Source: a virus
DNA length: 64,000 bases
Virus record (IMG/VR): IMGVR_UViG_3300032236_000971
Span: 1 to 64,000 of that record
Reading direction: 5' to 3' (one strand)
In this document: in pieces, positions 1-7,632 of the stretch
How the letters are laid out: each line of letters begins with the position of its first letter
How positions within the stretch are numbered: position 1 is the stretch's first letter
Notes under the pieces: generated by a model
Databases searched by the model: none
What the model was told of the DNA's origin: nothing
Seen by the model: the letters and a program-made list of their open reading frames with translations, nothing else
Position numbers and translations under genes: made by a program

Positions 1-2
1 AT

Positions 3-254
3 TTGCTTGCCTTGATGAAGGACAAAAACTTCACTGAGGTTCGCAAGTGGGTTAAGAACAACGTTGATTCAGACGTCAATATGCTGTATACAACCTTTTA
101 TGATACAGCATATGATTATTTTGAACCGCAGTTTATCCCTGCTCTTGTTGTGCTTATCGGTAAGTATCAGTATCAGAACGCTTTCGCTGCTAATAGCGAA
201 ATCAATTTTGCTTCGTTCTGCGCCGAGGTTATGATTGAATTGAGTATCAAGTAA
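3..254 (+). CDS. 44: Clamp loader large subunit (T4 gp44), C-terminal part, truncated by window start
   Basis: KNFTEVRKWV...YQYQNAFAANSEIN C-terminus typical of gp44; order 44-62-regA. Confidence 0.85.
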   Translation: MLALMKDKNFTEVRKWVKNNVDSDVNMLYTTFYDTAYDYFEPQFIPALVVLIGKYQYQNAFAANSEINFASFCAEVMIELSIK

Positions 255-664
255 TGGCAGAAAAGTATAACTGGGAGTGGGAAAATAACATAAACTCAGG
301 CAAAGAACTCATTGATATTGATTCACCGCAAGAGCACAAATATAATGCTTGGAGGACTAACAGTTCTCTAAGCAACTTTAGAGACACTATCTTTCAAGCT
401 AATAAGATGAATATCAATCATCATCTCACTAGCAAACTTCAGTATCATTATCTTTTTCATTCTATTCGTAAACAAAAGCGTTTCGGTAAAAAGAAAACCG
501 ATGAGGATAAGCGCATCGAGAAGGAGTTGAAGGTAGAGCAAGAGCTAATCACCTTAGTTCAAGAACATTATAAATATAATATTGTCAGAGCTAAAGAAGC
601 CCTGAAAATTCTGTCAAAAGAACAGATAGATATTATTAGAAAAAAACAAGAAAAAGGTGGATAG
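254..664 (+). CDS. 62: Clamp loader small subunit (T4 gp62)
   Basis: LQYHYLFHSIRKQKRF, EALKILSKEQ...KGG motifs; position between 44 and regA. Confidence 0.85.
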   Translation: MAEKYNWEWENNINSGKELIDIDSPQEHKYNAWRTNSSLSNFRDTIFQANKMNINHHLTSKLQYHYLFHSIRKQKRFGKKKTDEDKRIEKELKVEQELITLVQEHYKYNIVRAKEALKILSKEQIDIIRKKQEKGG

Positions 665-666
665 TT

Positions 667-1062
667 ATGGTTGTAGATTCCTTAATTGAGGTGAAAATTG
701 CTGAAGAAGAAGATTTCCTAAAGATTAAGGAAACGCTCACGAGAATCGGGGTGGCATCCCGCAAAGATCAAAAGCTTTATCAATCCTGTCATATTCTGCA
801 TAAGCAGGGTAAGTACTATATCGTTCATTTCAAAGAGTTGTTTGCATTAGACGGTAAGCCATCTGACTTCACATCTGAGGATAAAGGTCGTCGTAATACG
901 ATCATTCAGTTGCTTGAAGAATGGGGGTTGATTAAGGTAGTTGAATCAGCTACAATTGCTGATCCAAAAGCACCTATGTCTCAGGTAAAAATTATTCCGC
1001 ACAAGGATAAGTCAAACTGGACACTTGAAGCTAAATATAACATTGGACGAAAGAAGAAGTAA
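667..1062 (+). CDS. regA: Translational repressor RegA
   Basis: DFLKIKETLTRIGVAS...LYQSCHILHKQGKYYIVHFKELF signature. Confidence 0.97.
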   Translation: MVVDSLIEVKIAEEEDFLKIKETLTRIGVASRKDQKLYQSCHILHKQGKYYIVHFKELFALDGKPSDFTSEDKGRRNTIIQLLEEWGLIKVVESATIADPKAPMSQVKIIPHKDKSNWTLEAKYNIGRKKK

Positions 1063-1418
1063 TGTTCAAAATCTTTGCTATGAAAACAAAGCCGAAAACC
1101 TCGGCTGATGAAAAAATTGAACAAATTATCAACTTACTGTTTCCACCTCTTGAACTTCAAACTGACAAGAATGGAGACAAATTTCATATCGACTACTCAA
1201 TCGATACGAACCTAGAAGCTGCTCTGATGGACCTCGAAGATGGTCATAACGATGCTGCAAGCCAAAAAACTATCAGGAATTGTACTGATAGGATCATTAA
1301 AGTAAGACAACTTTTGGAAGCATATCGCGAAATTGACGATGAGGTAAAGTACTTCATCGCTGACGATCTTGAGGAGAACAAAATTGAGAAAATTCAGGCT
1401 TCAGGCGGACAATATTGA
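1062..1418 (+). CDS. Hypothetical protein
   Basis: Translationally coupled ORF after regA. Confidence 0.6.
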   Translation: MFKIFAMKTKPKTSADEKIEQIINLLFPPLELQTDKNGDKFHIDYSIDTNLEAALMDLEDGHNDAASQKTIRNCTDRIIKVRQLLEAYREIDDEVKYFIADDLEENKIEKIQASGGQY

Positions 1419-1620
1419 CGCATTCATAACATCACTCGAAGAAATGATCGATGCCCGTGATGATATGTGGCAGGAAGAGAAATTTTGTAATTATAAGCAG
1501 ATGGTGAAAATCGAAGAGAAACGATATCATCCAGCAAAGAAGGCTATGCGTGAGGCGCTTCATGCTTTCATTATCGAAGTGATCGAAGAAGAATCTTGAG
1601 CTTGACTTTGAAAATAGTTG

Positions 1621-1649
1621 TTGACTTCTCCTTCTAGGTGGGGTACAAT
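1621..1649 (+). promoter_or_regulatory. Sigma70-type early promoter
   Basis: TTGACT-17-TACAAT upstream of a small ORF with AGGAG RBS. Confidence 0.75.
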
Positions 1650-1675
1650 AATAGAGTTGAAACAGGAGCTAAAAA

Positions 1676-1843
1676 ATGACCCTCACTTCTCTTTTTGCCG
1701 AGTTCAAGTCTCTCCCCTCCGCTGAAGCTAAGGTTGAGTACCTTCGCTCATTAGCTACGCTTAACCTCCCCTACGACATTAATTACGAAGCTCTAGTCGC
1801 CGCCTGGGAACGCATAGCTCGAGTTGAAGTCGCTAAAGCTTAA
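1676..1843 (+). CDS. Small early hypothetical protein (55 aa, not in ORF track)
   Basis: AGGAG RBS, ATG 1676 (MTLTSLFAEFKSLPS...), TAA 1841-1843. Confidence 0.6.
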   Translation: MTLTSLFAEFKSLPSAEAKVEYLRSLATLNLPYDINYEALVAAWERIARVEVAKA

Positions 1844-1857
1844 CAATAAAAAAAATA

Positions 1858-1926
1858 AAAAAATCTGTTGTCTAGCTACGAAAGCTGGTTGACTTCCTCG
1901 ACTGACGCTAGTATACTATATGTATG
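1858..1926 (+). promoter_or_regulatory. Early promoter with conserved upstream element
   Basis: AAAAAATCTGTTGTCTAGCTACGA then TTGACT-17-TATACT-ATATGTATG; same layout at 15112-15180. Confidence 0.8.
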
Positions 1927-1965
1927 GTTGGTTGAGGTTGTCACCTCATTTACAGGAGCTGAGCA

Positions 1966-2157
1966 ATGAAAACTTTCACTGTGTACGGTTCGTTCTACGG
2001 CTCTGACGAGCTTCCCGAGGCGATTGCCTCTTTCCCTACCTACCTTGAGGCGGAGATTTTCGTTCGCGATTATCCCGACTCTGACCCTCTCGTTGAGTAC
2101 GATCGTTACCTGATTGAGATGACCGTTGGTGGCGCTCGTTTCGCTACCTACGCCTAA
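1966..2157 (+). CDS. Small acidic early protein
   Basis: AGGAG RBS, downstream of early promoter. Confidence 0.65.
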   Translation: MKTFTVYGSFYGSDELPEAIASFPTYLEAEIFVRDYPDSDPLVEYDRYLIEMTVGGARFATYA

Positions 2158-2353
2158 TAGGAGCTTGACTATGACTGTATACGTTCTTCTCGTCGGCTAT
2201 GAATATGAGGGGCATGCGTGCCTCGGTGTTTACTCGTCCGCCCAGGAAGCGCAGGAAGCTTTCGCAGCCGCTGACTGGCTGGGTGGCTACCCTGTGATCG
2301 AGGAACGAGTCCTCGGCGTCCCTGCAGAAGCTATCGACCTCTAGGAGACAACC

Positions 2354-2536
2354 ATGTTCGTAGCAATTCTCACGAATTTCGGTAACACCATCTATAGCGG
2401 TAACGACCTGTCGGCTGCTATTGCTAAGGTTGAGGCTGCTGGCTTTGAAGCCACGGTCCAGTTGTTCAAGCCCAACGCTCAATGTGGGCTTATGAGTTTC
2501 AGTCCGATCGGCGGCTGGAGGACAATTATCGCATAA
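2354..2536 (+). CDS. Small early hypothetical protein
   Basis: AGGAG RBS. Confidence 0.6.
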   Translation: MFVAILTNFGNTIYSGNDLSAAIAKVEAAGFEATVQLFKPNAQCGLMSFSPIGGWRTIIA

Positions 2537-2542
2537 AGTTGG

Positions 2543-2571
2543 TTGACTTCCTCGTCGTTGTGTAGTATACT
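2543..2571 (+). promoter_or_regulatory. Sigma70-type early promoter
   Basis: TTGACT-17-TATACT, paralogous to the promoter at 1889. Confidence 0.8.
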
Positions 2572-2700
2572 ATATGTAAGGTTGAAAGAGGAGCTTCTGA
2601 TGTCTACGGTTGATACCCTGATTGTGTTCGGACCACTTATCATGATGGCGCTCGGTATGGCGCTTGGGCTTGTCATTTACACTATCCGTGAGGTGCGCTA

Positions 2701-3060
2701 ATGTCTAGTATTGAGCTTTTGATCTCTGATAATCGTGGTATCTATATCCCTCGCGATTTCGCCCTGTATCACGAAGATATGTCTAATGTTTCAGCCGAAA
2801 ATATAGAAATTCTAAAAGCTGGTCCAAATCATGAACATTACTGGGAAGCTTGGGATGCAGTTACTCGTGATGCTTACCATACAGACGCCCAAGGTAATAT
2901 TTGGCGGCTCTGGCAAAACGGCGACCTCTGGGTTTACTGCGAAGCTTTGATGACCGACGAAGAGTACTACAACTTTTTTGGCGATCATCGTTACGAGCTT
3001 GACTCAGATTCTCGTTTGGAAACTGACAACTGGTACGACACTTCTGCGGAGCTTTGCTAA
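2701..3060 (+). CDS. Hypothetical early protein
   Basis: GAGGT RBS; ORF in early cassette. Confidence 0.65.
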   Translation: MSSIELLISDNRGIYIPRDFALYHEDMSNVSAENIEILKAGPNHEHYWEAWDAVTRDAYHTDAQGNIWRLWQNGDLWVYCEALMTDEEYYNFFGDHRYELDSDSRLETDNWYDTSAELC

Positions 3061-3274
3061 TGTCTGATACGTTCTTTTCTCGACCAGCTGACGTAAAGCT
3101 TCAAGAGCTGATTGATGAGTTGTATAAGCGACTCAGAGACAGCCGTCGTCTGTTAGCTATGTATGATCAAGACCCTGATCTTGATCGTCGTGGTCACGAC
3201 AAAGGTTACGCTCAGGGCGTTCGCGAGGAAATTGGTTACCTCGTTCGTTTACTCGACAAATATGAGCGTAGCTA

Positions 3275-3646
3275 ATGACTATGCATCTGTTGCCTGCGTT
3301 CGTTTCAACAACGAATATTCGTAAGCGCAAGTCAAAGCTTACGGGTAAGGCGAAACTTCAACTTGCGGCGCATCAGCAGTGGGTTGAAAAAATGACCAAA
3401 GGTATGACGTCAGATAAAAAAGTCCTTGACAAAGCCTGGCGAAAAGAGTATACTAGTTCTATGGCTGTTGATCGTTCGGCATTTCAGAAGTCAGGTATGG
3501 CTCCTGGTGTTTGTGCGAAGCCAGAGGAAAAGGTTTACTCGGGTGAACGTAAGCTGCTAGGTATTGCTACGATGCACAAGTCCAATATGGTTCCTGTGTT
3601 CGCTAAGCAAGATGCCGAAGATATCGCTAGGATGAGGAGAGGCTAA
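3275..3646 (+). CDS. Hypothetical protein of T4-like phages
   Basis: C-terminal LLGIATMHKSNMVPVF motif recalled from T4-like myovirus hypotheticals. Confidence 0.65.
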   Translation: MTMHLLPAFVSTTNIRKRKSKLTGKAKLQLAAHQQWVEKMTKGMTSDKKVLDKAWRKEYTSSMAVDRSAFQKSGMAPGVCAKPEEKVYSGERKLLGIATMHKSNMVPVFAKQDAEDIARMRRG

Positions 3647-3906
3647 TGAGTGACGTTCAGATTCAAGCCCAAGATACGACAGGTAACTGGCGTACCTACC
3701 TAATCGTGGCAAATCAGTCACAAAGAATTTTGAGTGAGATGCGTTCTTTGCAATCTCGCTATCCGGACTACCGCATTCGTGCGATAGACAGTGATGGTCG
3801 TGTTGTTGACATCCTGTAAAATAGTGGTTGACTTTTGTAAAAAAAGTCAGTATGATATGAAAGTTGGTCATTCGACTGACTAAATAGAGTGAAACTGGAG
3901 AATCTG

Positions 3907-4188
3907 ATGACTAAGACTGCTAATGTTTTGAATGCTTTTATGAACGGCGAGAAGCTTACTGCAAAGCAGATTGCTGCTCGTTTCGGCGTGGGTAACCCTC
4001 ATCGTGTCGTTCATTATCTTCGTGAGCAGGGATATGCGATTTACCTCAACTATCACACTGATACGAAGGGTCGCGTAAAGTCGAAGTACCGCCTTGGTAC
4101 ACCTTCTCGCGCCATTGTCGCTGCTGGTATCGCGGCTCTTGGTGGAGAAGCTCTAGGACCAAACGCTCGTGCGGTGGGTTCCGTCTAA
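3907..4188 (+). CDS. Winged-helix/HTH DNA-binding protein
   Basis: GEKLTAKQIAARFGVGNPHRVVHYLREQGYAI HTH pattern; GGAG RBS before ATG 3907; promoter TTGACT-17-TATGAT at 3828-3856. Confidence 0.7.
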   Translation: MTKTANVLNAFMNGEKLTAKQIAARFGVGNPHRVVHYLREQGYAIYLNYHTDTKGRVKSKYRLGTPSRAIVAAGIAALGGEALGPNARAVGSV

Positions 4189-4210
4189 TCGGTAGAGAAA
4201 TCTACTAGCT

Positions 4211-4242
4211 AGGCGGGGTCCGAAAGGTTCCCGCCTTTTTTT
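4211..4242 (+). terminator. Rho-independent terminator
   Basis: AGGCGGG...CCCGCCT stem followed by T-run. Confidence 0.8.
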
Positions 4243-4246
4243 ATGG

Positions 4247-4275
4247 TTGACTTTTGTATCATAGTCAGCTATACT
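4247..4275 (+). promoter_or_regulatory. Promoter heading the tRNA/ncRNA operon
   Basis: TTGACT-17-TATACT right after terminator. Confidence 0.8.
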
Positions 4276-4330
4276 AAGTTAAGAATAAAGACTACGCTGT
4301 TTGACATTGTTGGAAGCAGAAGCAATCGAA

Positions 4331-4648
4331 AGGTTGTTTCTTCACGGATATACAGAGCGACGCAAGATACCTTAGTGGTTGTCGGCATAACATGCGGTCT
4401 TGGTAGTGTTATGTACTGTAGGCATACAGGCTGTATATCTTTGAAGAAACAACTTATTAGGTGTGGTGTTATGGAAAATTGCAGTGTTCCTGCACAGCGC
4501 ACAGTCAATGGGTCCTCTGTCCTGCAGGCACGGCCAATACTGAGTTGTAATCGAAATAGGAGTCATGACCTGAAATAAGATTACAGAGTAAAGCGAACGG
4601 TATGGCGGTCTATCCATATCCATAACATGACATCACTCCTAATAAGTT
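4331..4648 (+). ncRNA. Two adjacent unidentified structured RNA domains leading the tRNA operon
   Basis: GGTTGTTTCTTCA/TGAAGAAACAACT and GATATACAG/CTGTATATC stems; AACTTATTAGG/CCTAATAAGTT and GTTATGGA/TCCATAAC stems. Confidence 0.55.
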
Positions 4649-4649
4649 T

Positions 4650-4726
4650 GGACCCTTAGCTCAGTTGGTTAGAGCATCGGACTTTTAATCCGCGTGTCCT
4701 GGGTTCGAGTCCCAGAGGGTTCACCA
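4650..4726 (+). tRNA. tRNA-Lys(TTT)
   Basis: Cloverleaf, loop CT-TTT-AA, CCA. Confidence 0.95.
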
Positions 4727-4809
4727 AATTGCTTGTAGGGAGAGCCGAGTCGCTCCCGTATGTATTGGAGAGGCGTAAGCCTGGCGGTATACAACAAGCA
4801 AACTAATTT

Positions 4810-4884
4810 TGGCGTATAGCTCAGTGGTAGAGCACTGTCCTGATAAGACAGGGGTCGATGGATCGTAACCATCTATGCCAACCA
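4810..4884 (+). tRNA. tRNA-Ile(GAT)
   Basis: Cloverleaf, CT-GAT-AA, atypical T-loop ATCGTAA, CCA. Confidence 0.92.
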
Positions 4885-4888
4885 ATAA

Positions 4889-4965
<77 letters not shown>

Positions 4966-4971
4966 AATAAC

Positions 4972-5064
4972 GGAAGAATGGCAGAGTCTGGCTTATTGCA
5001 CTTGTCTTGAAAACAAGCGTACGTTTGTAGCGTACCGTGGGTTCAAATCCTACTTCTTCCGCCA
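4972..5064 (+). tRNA. tRNA-Ser(TGA)
   Basis: Long variable arm, CT-TGA-AA, G73-CCA. Confidence 0.95.
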
Positions 5065-5193
5065 CTACAGGCTCGTTCTCGTGGTTCTCGAGATAAACGA
5101 AACGAGGATTGTCATCGGTGCATTTAGCCGTGTGTTAGCCGATGTAAAAGAAGCCGGTTGGCGAGTCAGGAGCCAGTTAACGGTGAGAAATTT

Positions 5194-5271
5194 CCTCTGT
5201 TGGTGTAGCGGTCAAACATACCCGCCTTTCAAGCGCGGAGATCATCGGTTCAAATCCGATACAGAGGACCA
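5194..5271 (+). tRNA. tRNA-Glu(TTC)
   Basis: CT-TTC-AA, imperfect anticodon stem, CCA. Confidence 0.85.
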
Positions 5272-5276
5272 AATAC

Positions 5277-5352
5277 GGACCATTAGCTCAGCTGGTAGAG
5301 CAGGAGACTCTTAATCTCTTTGTCGAAAGTTCGAATCTTTCATGGTTCACCA
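5277..5352 (+). tRNA. tRNA-Lys(CTT)
   Basis: Cloverleaf, CT-CTT-AA, CCA. Confidence 0.95.
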
Positions 5353-5413
5353 ATAAAGTGCTTGACTTCAGGTGCTAAATAAAGTATGATATAATCTAAG
5401 TTGGAGATTCGTT

Positions 5414-5701
5414 ATGCATAAGCTTTTGATCGTTGCGGTTAGTGCAGCTGCATTAGCTGGTTGTACAGCTAGAGAACAGCAGGTGTTGACGGCTGGAGCT
5501 GTTGGTGCAGTTGCTGGTGCTGTGATTGTTAATGAAATGAATCAGCCTCGTTCTGTTTATGTTGAGCAGCGTTATGATCGTCCTCATCCTAGATACGAAC
5601 ATCATTACGTACCTGTTCCTCCTCGTCGCCCTCGTTGTTTTACAACTTGGGAAAATACACATCGTGGTATGATCGAACGTAGAGTTTGTGATCGTTACTA
5701 A
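5414..5701 (+). CDS. Small lipoprotein, glycine-zipper-like
   Basis: Lipobox LAGC, GAVGAVAGA helix; own promoter TTGACT-17-TATGAT at 5362-5390. Confidence 0.75.
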   Translation: MHKLLIVAVSAAALAGCTAREQQVLTAGAVGAVAGAVIVNEMNQPRSVYVEQRYDRPHPRYEHHYVPVPPRRPRCFTTWENTHRGMIERRVCDRY

Positions 5702-5708
5702 AGTTTAT

Positions 5709-5784
5709 TCCTCTGTAGCTCAGTTGGTAGAGCATGGTGCTGTTAACACCAGGGTCGTTCGTTCGAGCCGAACCGGAGGAGCCA
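5709..5784 (+). tRNA. tRNA-Asn(GTT)
   Basis: Cloverleaf, CT-GTT-AA, CCA. Confidence 0.95.
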
Positions 5785-5789
5785 AATAT

Positions 5790-5865
5790 GCCCGATTAGC
5801 TCAGCGGTAGTAGCGCCTCCTTTACACGGAGATTGTCGGCGGTTCAATCCCGTCATCGGGTACCA
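5790..5865 (+). tRNA. tRNA-Val(TAC)
   Basis: TT-TAC-AC, CCA. Confidence 0.93.
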
Positions 5866-5870
5866 TTATT

Positions 5871-5946
5871 GGGGGATTAGCTCAGTTGGGAGAGCGACTG
5901 CTTTGCACGCAGTAGGTCATCGGTTCGATCCCGGTATCCTCCACCA
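5871..5946 (+). tRNA. tRNA-Ala(TGC)
   Basis: G3:U70, TT-TGC-AC, CCA. Confidence 0.95.
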
Positions 5947-6147
5947 AGTTCAGAACTAACAGAGGAAGTGAATGGTTACCCTCTGTGAATGACAACAAGA
6001 TGCTGGGAAACCCGATAAATCTAACCATAGAGTGCATCTAGTCAAGATTCTGAAAAGTGTGTTTGTGGGTGACGAGCTAGTGAAACCCTCAACGGTTGGT
6101 CGCGTAATAGACTCGCGGGATACCATGGTCAGTATCCCACCAGTTTC

Positions 6148-6223
6148 GCCCGTATAGCTCATCAGGTAGAGCAGTTGATTTGTAATCATCAGGCGGTGGG
6201 TTCGAGTCCTGCTGCGGGCACCA
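6148..6223 (+). tRNA. tRNA-Thr(TGT)
   Basis: TT-TGT-AA, CCA. Confidence 0.93.
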
Positions 6224-6229
6224 GTTTAT

Positions 6230-6304
6230 AGCAGAGTGGAGCAGTAGTAGCTCGTTTGGCTCATACCCAAAAGGACGATGGTGCAATTCCATCCTCTGCA
6301 ACCA
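6230..6304 (+). tRNA. tRNA-Met(CAT), initiator-like
   Basis: A1:A72 mismatch, GAGC/GCTC D-stem as in fMet, CT-CAT-AC, atypical T-loop TGCAATT. Confidence 0.8.
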
Positions 6305-6307
6305 TTT

Positions 6308-6378
6308 GCTCACATCTACTAAGCGTAAGTAATCCCGTTTGAGGGAGGATGTAGGTTCAAGCCCTACTGTGAGCTCCT
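6308..6378 (+). pseudogene. Degenerate tRNA-like element
   Basis: Acceptor GCTCACA/TGTGAGC and T-arm GTAGG-TTCAAGC-CCTAC intact; no canonical 7-nt anticodon loop; ends TCCT not CCA. Confidence 0.6.
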
Positions 6379-6379
6379 A

Positions 6380-6597
6380 AATTAATATTACGCCAGCATA
6401 GTTGCTAACGATATGGCGTAATTAACCAGAAGCGTAAGAAGCAGTTGGTATACCCCAATCTGAATACGGGTTCGAATCCTGTAGTCTCTAACGAGTAGCC
6501 GAAGGGTGGATGTTAGAGGTGTAAAATGGTCGAAGGTGCGGGCATGTTGGGTTCGTTTCCCATGGCATTCTGTAGCTATGCTGGCGTAATATTAATT
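6380..6597 (+). ncRNA. Unidentified structured RNA closed by a 22-bp perfect stem, with internal T-arm
   Basis: AATTAATATTACGCCAGCATAG / CTATGCTGGCGTAATATTAATT; internal TACGGG-TTCGAAT-CCTGTA. Confidence 0.7.
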
Positions 6598-6672
6598 GAT
6601 CCTGTACGCATCTGGTGAGGCGACCCCTCTGTCTAAGGGGCGAGGAGGGTTCGATTCCCTTCAGGATCGCCA
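6598..6672 (+). tRNA. tRNA-Asp(GTC)
   Basis: CT-GTC-TA loop (T37), G73-CCA. Confidence 0.9.
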
Positions 6673-6680
6673 CTAAATAT

Positions 6681-6756
6681 TGGGGATTAGTTCAGTTGGT
6701 AGAACGCAGGATTCTGAATCCTGATGTCCGAGGTTCGAGTCCTTGATCCCCAGCCA
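6681..6756 (+). tRNA. tRNA-Gln(CTG)
   Basis: TT-CTG-AA, U1:A72, CCA. Confidence 0.95.
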
Positions 6757-6898
6757 ATACGTGGTAAGGAAAGCCTAGAGCGTCGCAGCTGCAGCAAGCG
6801 ACAAAGTAGGATCGGTTCGATCGACCGATAAGAGGAGCATGGGCAAGTCAGAGGGAGCTAAACCGATGACTGGATACCGCACCTGCCACATTTAATTT

Positions 6899-6973
6899 GG
6901 TGCCTGAGGTAGATGGTAAATCGCGGGACTGCAAATCCTTGAGAACCCAGTTCGATTCTGGGAGGCACCTCCA
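6899..6973 (+). tRNA. tRNA-Cys(GCA)
   Basis: CT-GCA-AA, U73-CCA. Confidence 0.9.
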
Positions 6974-7081
6974 CCTAGTAGCTGGAATATTCGAGACAAT
7001 GGGGATGACCCAAGGATTAACAAGCGGAGTAGCTACCGCCTCTGATAGTAACCTAGACGATATTTTGGCGGATCCAATAAT

Positions 7082-7158
7082 GGTTGAATAGCTCAACTGG
7101 ATAGAGCATCGGTCTACGAAACCGAAGGTTGAAGGTTCGAATCCTTCTTCGACCACCA
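7082..7158 (+). tRNA. tRNA-Arg(ACG)
   Basis: CT-ACG-AA, CCA. Confidence 0.95.
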
Positions 7159-7163
7159 TTAAT

Positions 7164-7294
7164 GGGCTGACAAAGCTCTTTATTTTCTACCTAGAAACAA
7201 TAGATGAATTTATAAATTCTATTGGGTTCCTCTAGATGCGGTAAAGAGACGGTGCATACTAGTTAGATGGGTTCGAATCCCATTCAGTCCACCA
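7164..7294 (+). ncRNA. tRNA-like RNA with Ala acceptor (G3:U70, A73, CCA), T-arm, no D-stem and a long irregular helix; resembles the tmRNA tRNA-like domain
   Basis: GGGCTGA/TCAGTCC-ACCA; ATGGG-TTCGAAT-CCCAT; CTCTTTA/TAAAGAG, CTAGA/TCTAG, AATAGA/TCTATT helices. Confidence 0.7.
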
Positions 7295-7301
7295 TTATAA
7301 T

Positions 7302-7376
7302 GCGGTCATAGCTCAGGGGTAGAGCACTTCGTTGCCAACGAAGATGTCGTCGGTTCGATCCCGACTGGCCGCTCCA
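7302..7376 (+). tRNA. tRNA-Gly(GCC)
   Basis: TT-GCC-AA, U73-CCA. Confidence 0.95.
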
Positions 7377-7393
7377 TTACTATATAATATCAT

Positions 7394-7467
7394 GCGGGGT
7401 TGGTATATAGATTGTGCCCTAGCCTTCCAAGCTAGTGAAACGGGTTTGAGTCCCGTACCCCGCTCCA
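7394..7467 (+). tRNA. tRNA-Gly(TCC)
   Basis: CT-TCC-AA, U73-CCA, T-loop TTTGAGT. Confidence 0.88.
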
Positions 7468-7472
7468 TTAAT

Positions 7473-7549
7473 GCCCGAGTAGTCCAATTGGCAGAGGCGT
7501 CCGCCTTAGAAGCGGAATGTTGGGGGTTCAAATCCCTCCTCGGGCACCA
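7473..7549 (+). tRNA. tRNA-Leu(TAG), short variable loop
   Basis: CT-TAG-AA, 5-nt variable loop, A73-CCA. Confidence 0.9.
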
Positions 7550-7556
7550 AAATAAT

Positions 7557-7632
7557 GCTGCTTTAGCTCAGTTGGTAGAGCACCTGATTAGTAATCAGGT
7601 TGTCGGGAGTTCGACCCTCTCAAGCAGCACCA
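7557..7632 (+). tRNA. tRNA-Thr(AGT) with A34
   Basis: CCTGA-TT-AGT-AA-TCAGG, G1-C2 acceptor, CCA. Confidence 0.92.

Noticed and set aside
6761-6890. RNase P RNA suggested by AGGAAAGCC
   Set aside because: Too short and the complementary 3' P4 motif is not visible.
7164-7294. Full tmRNA or intron-containing tRNA
   Set aside because: Too short for pseudoknots and a tag ORF or a group I intron, and no D-arm or anticodon halves can be reconstituted; kept only as a tRNA-like-domain mimic.
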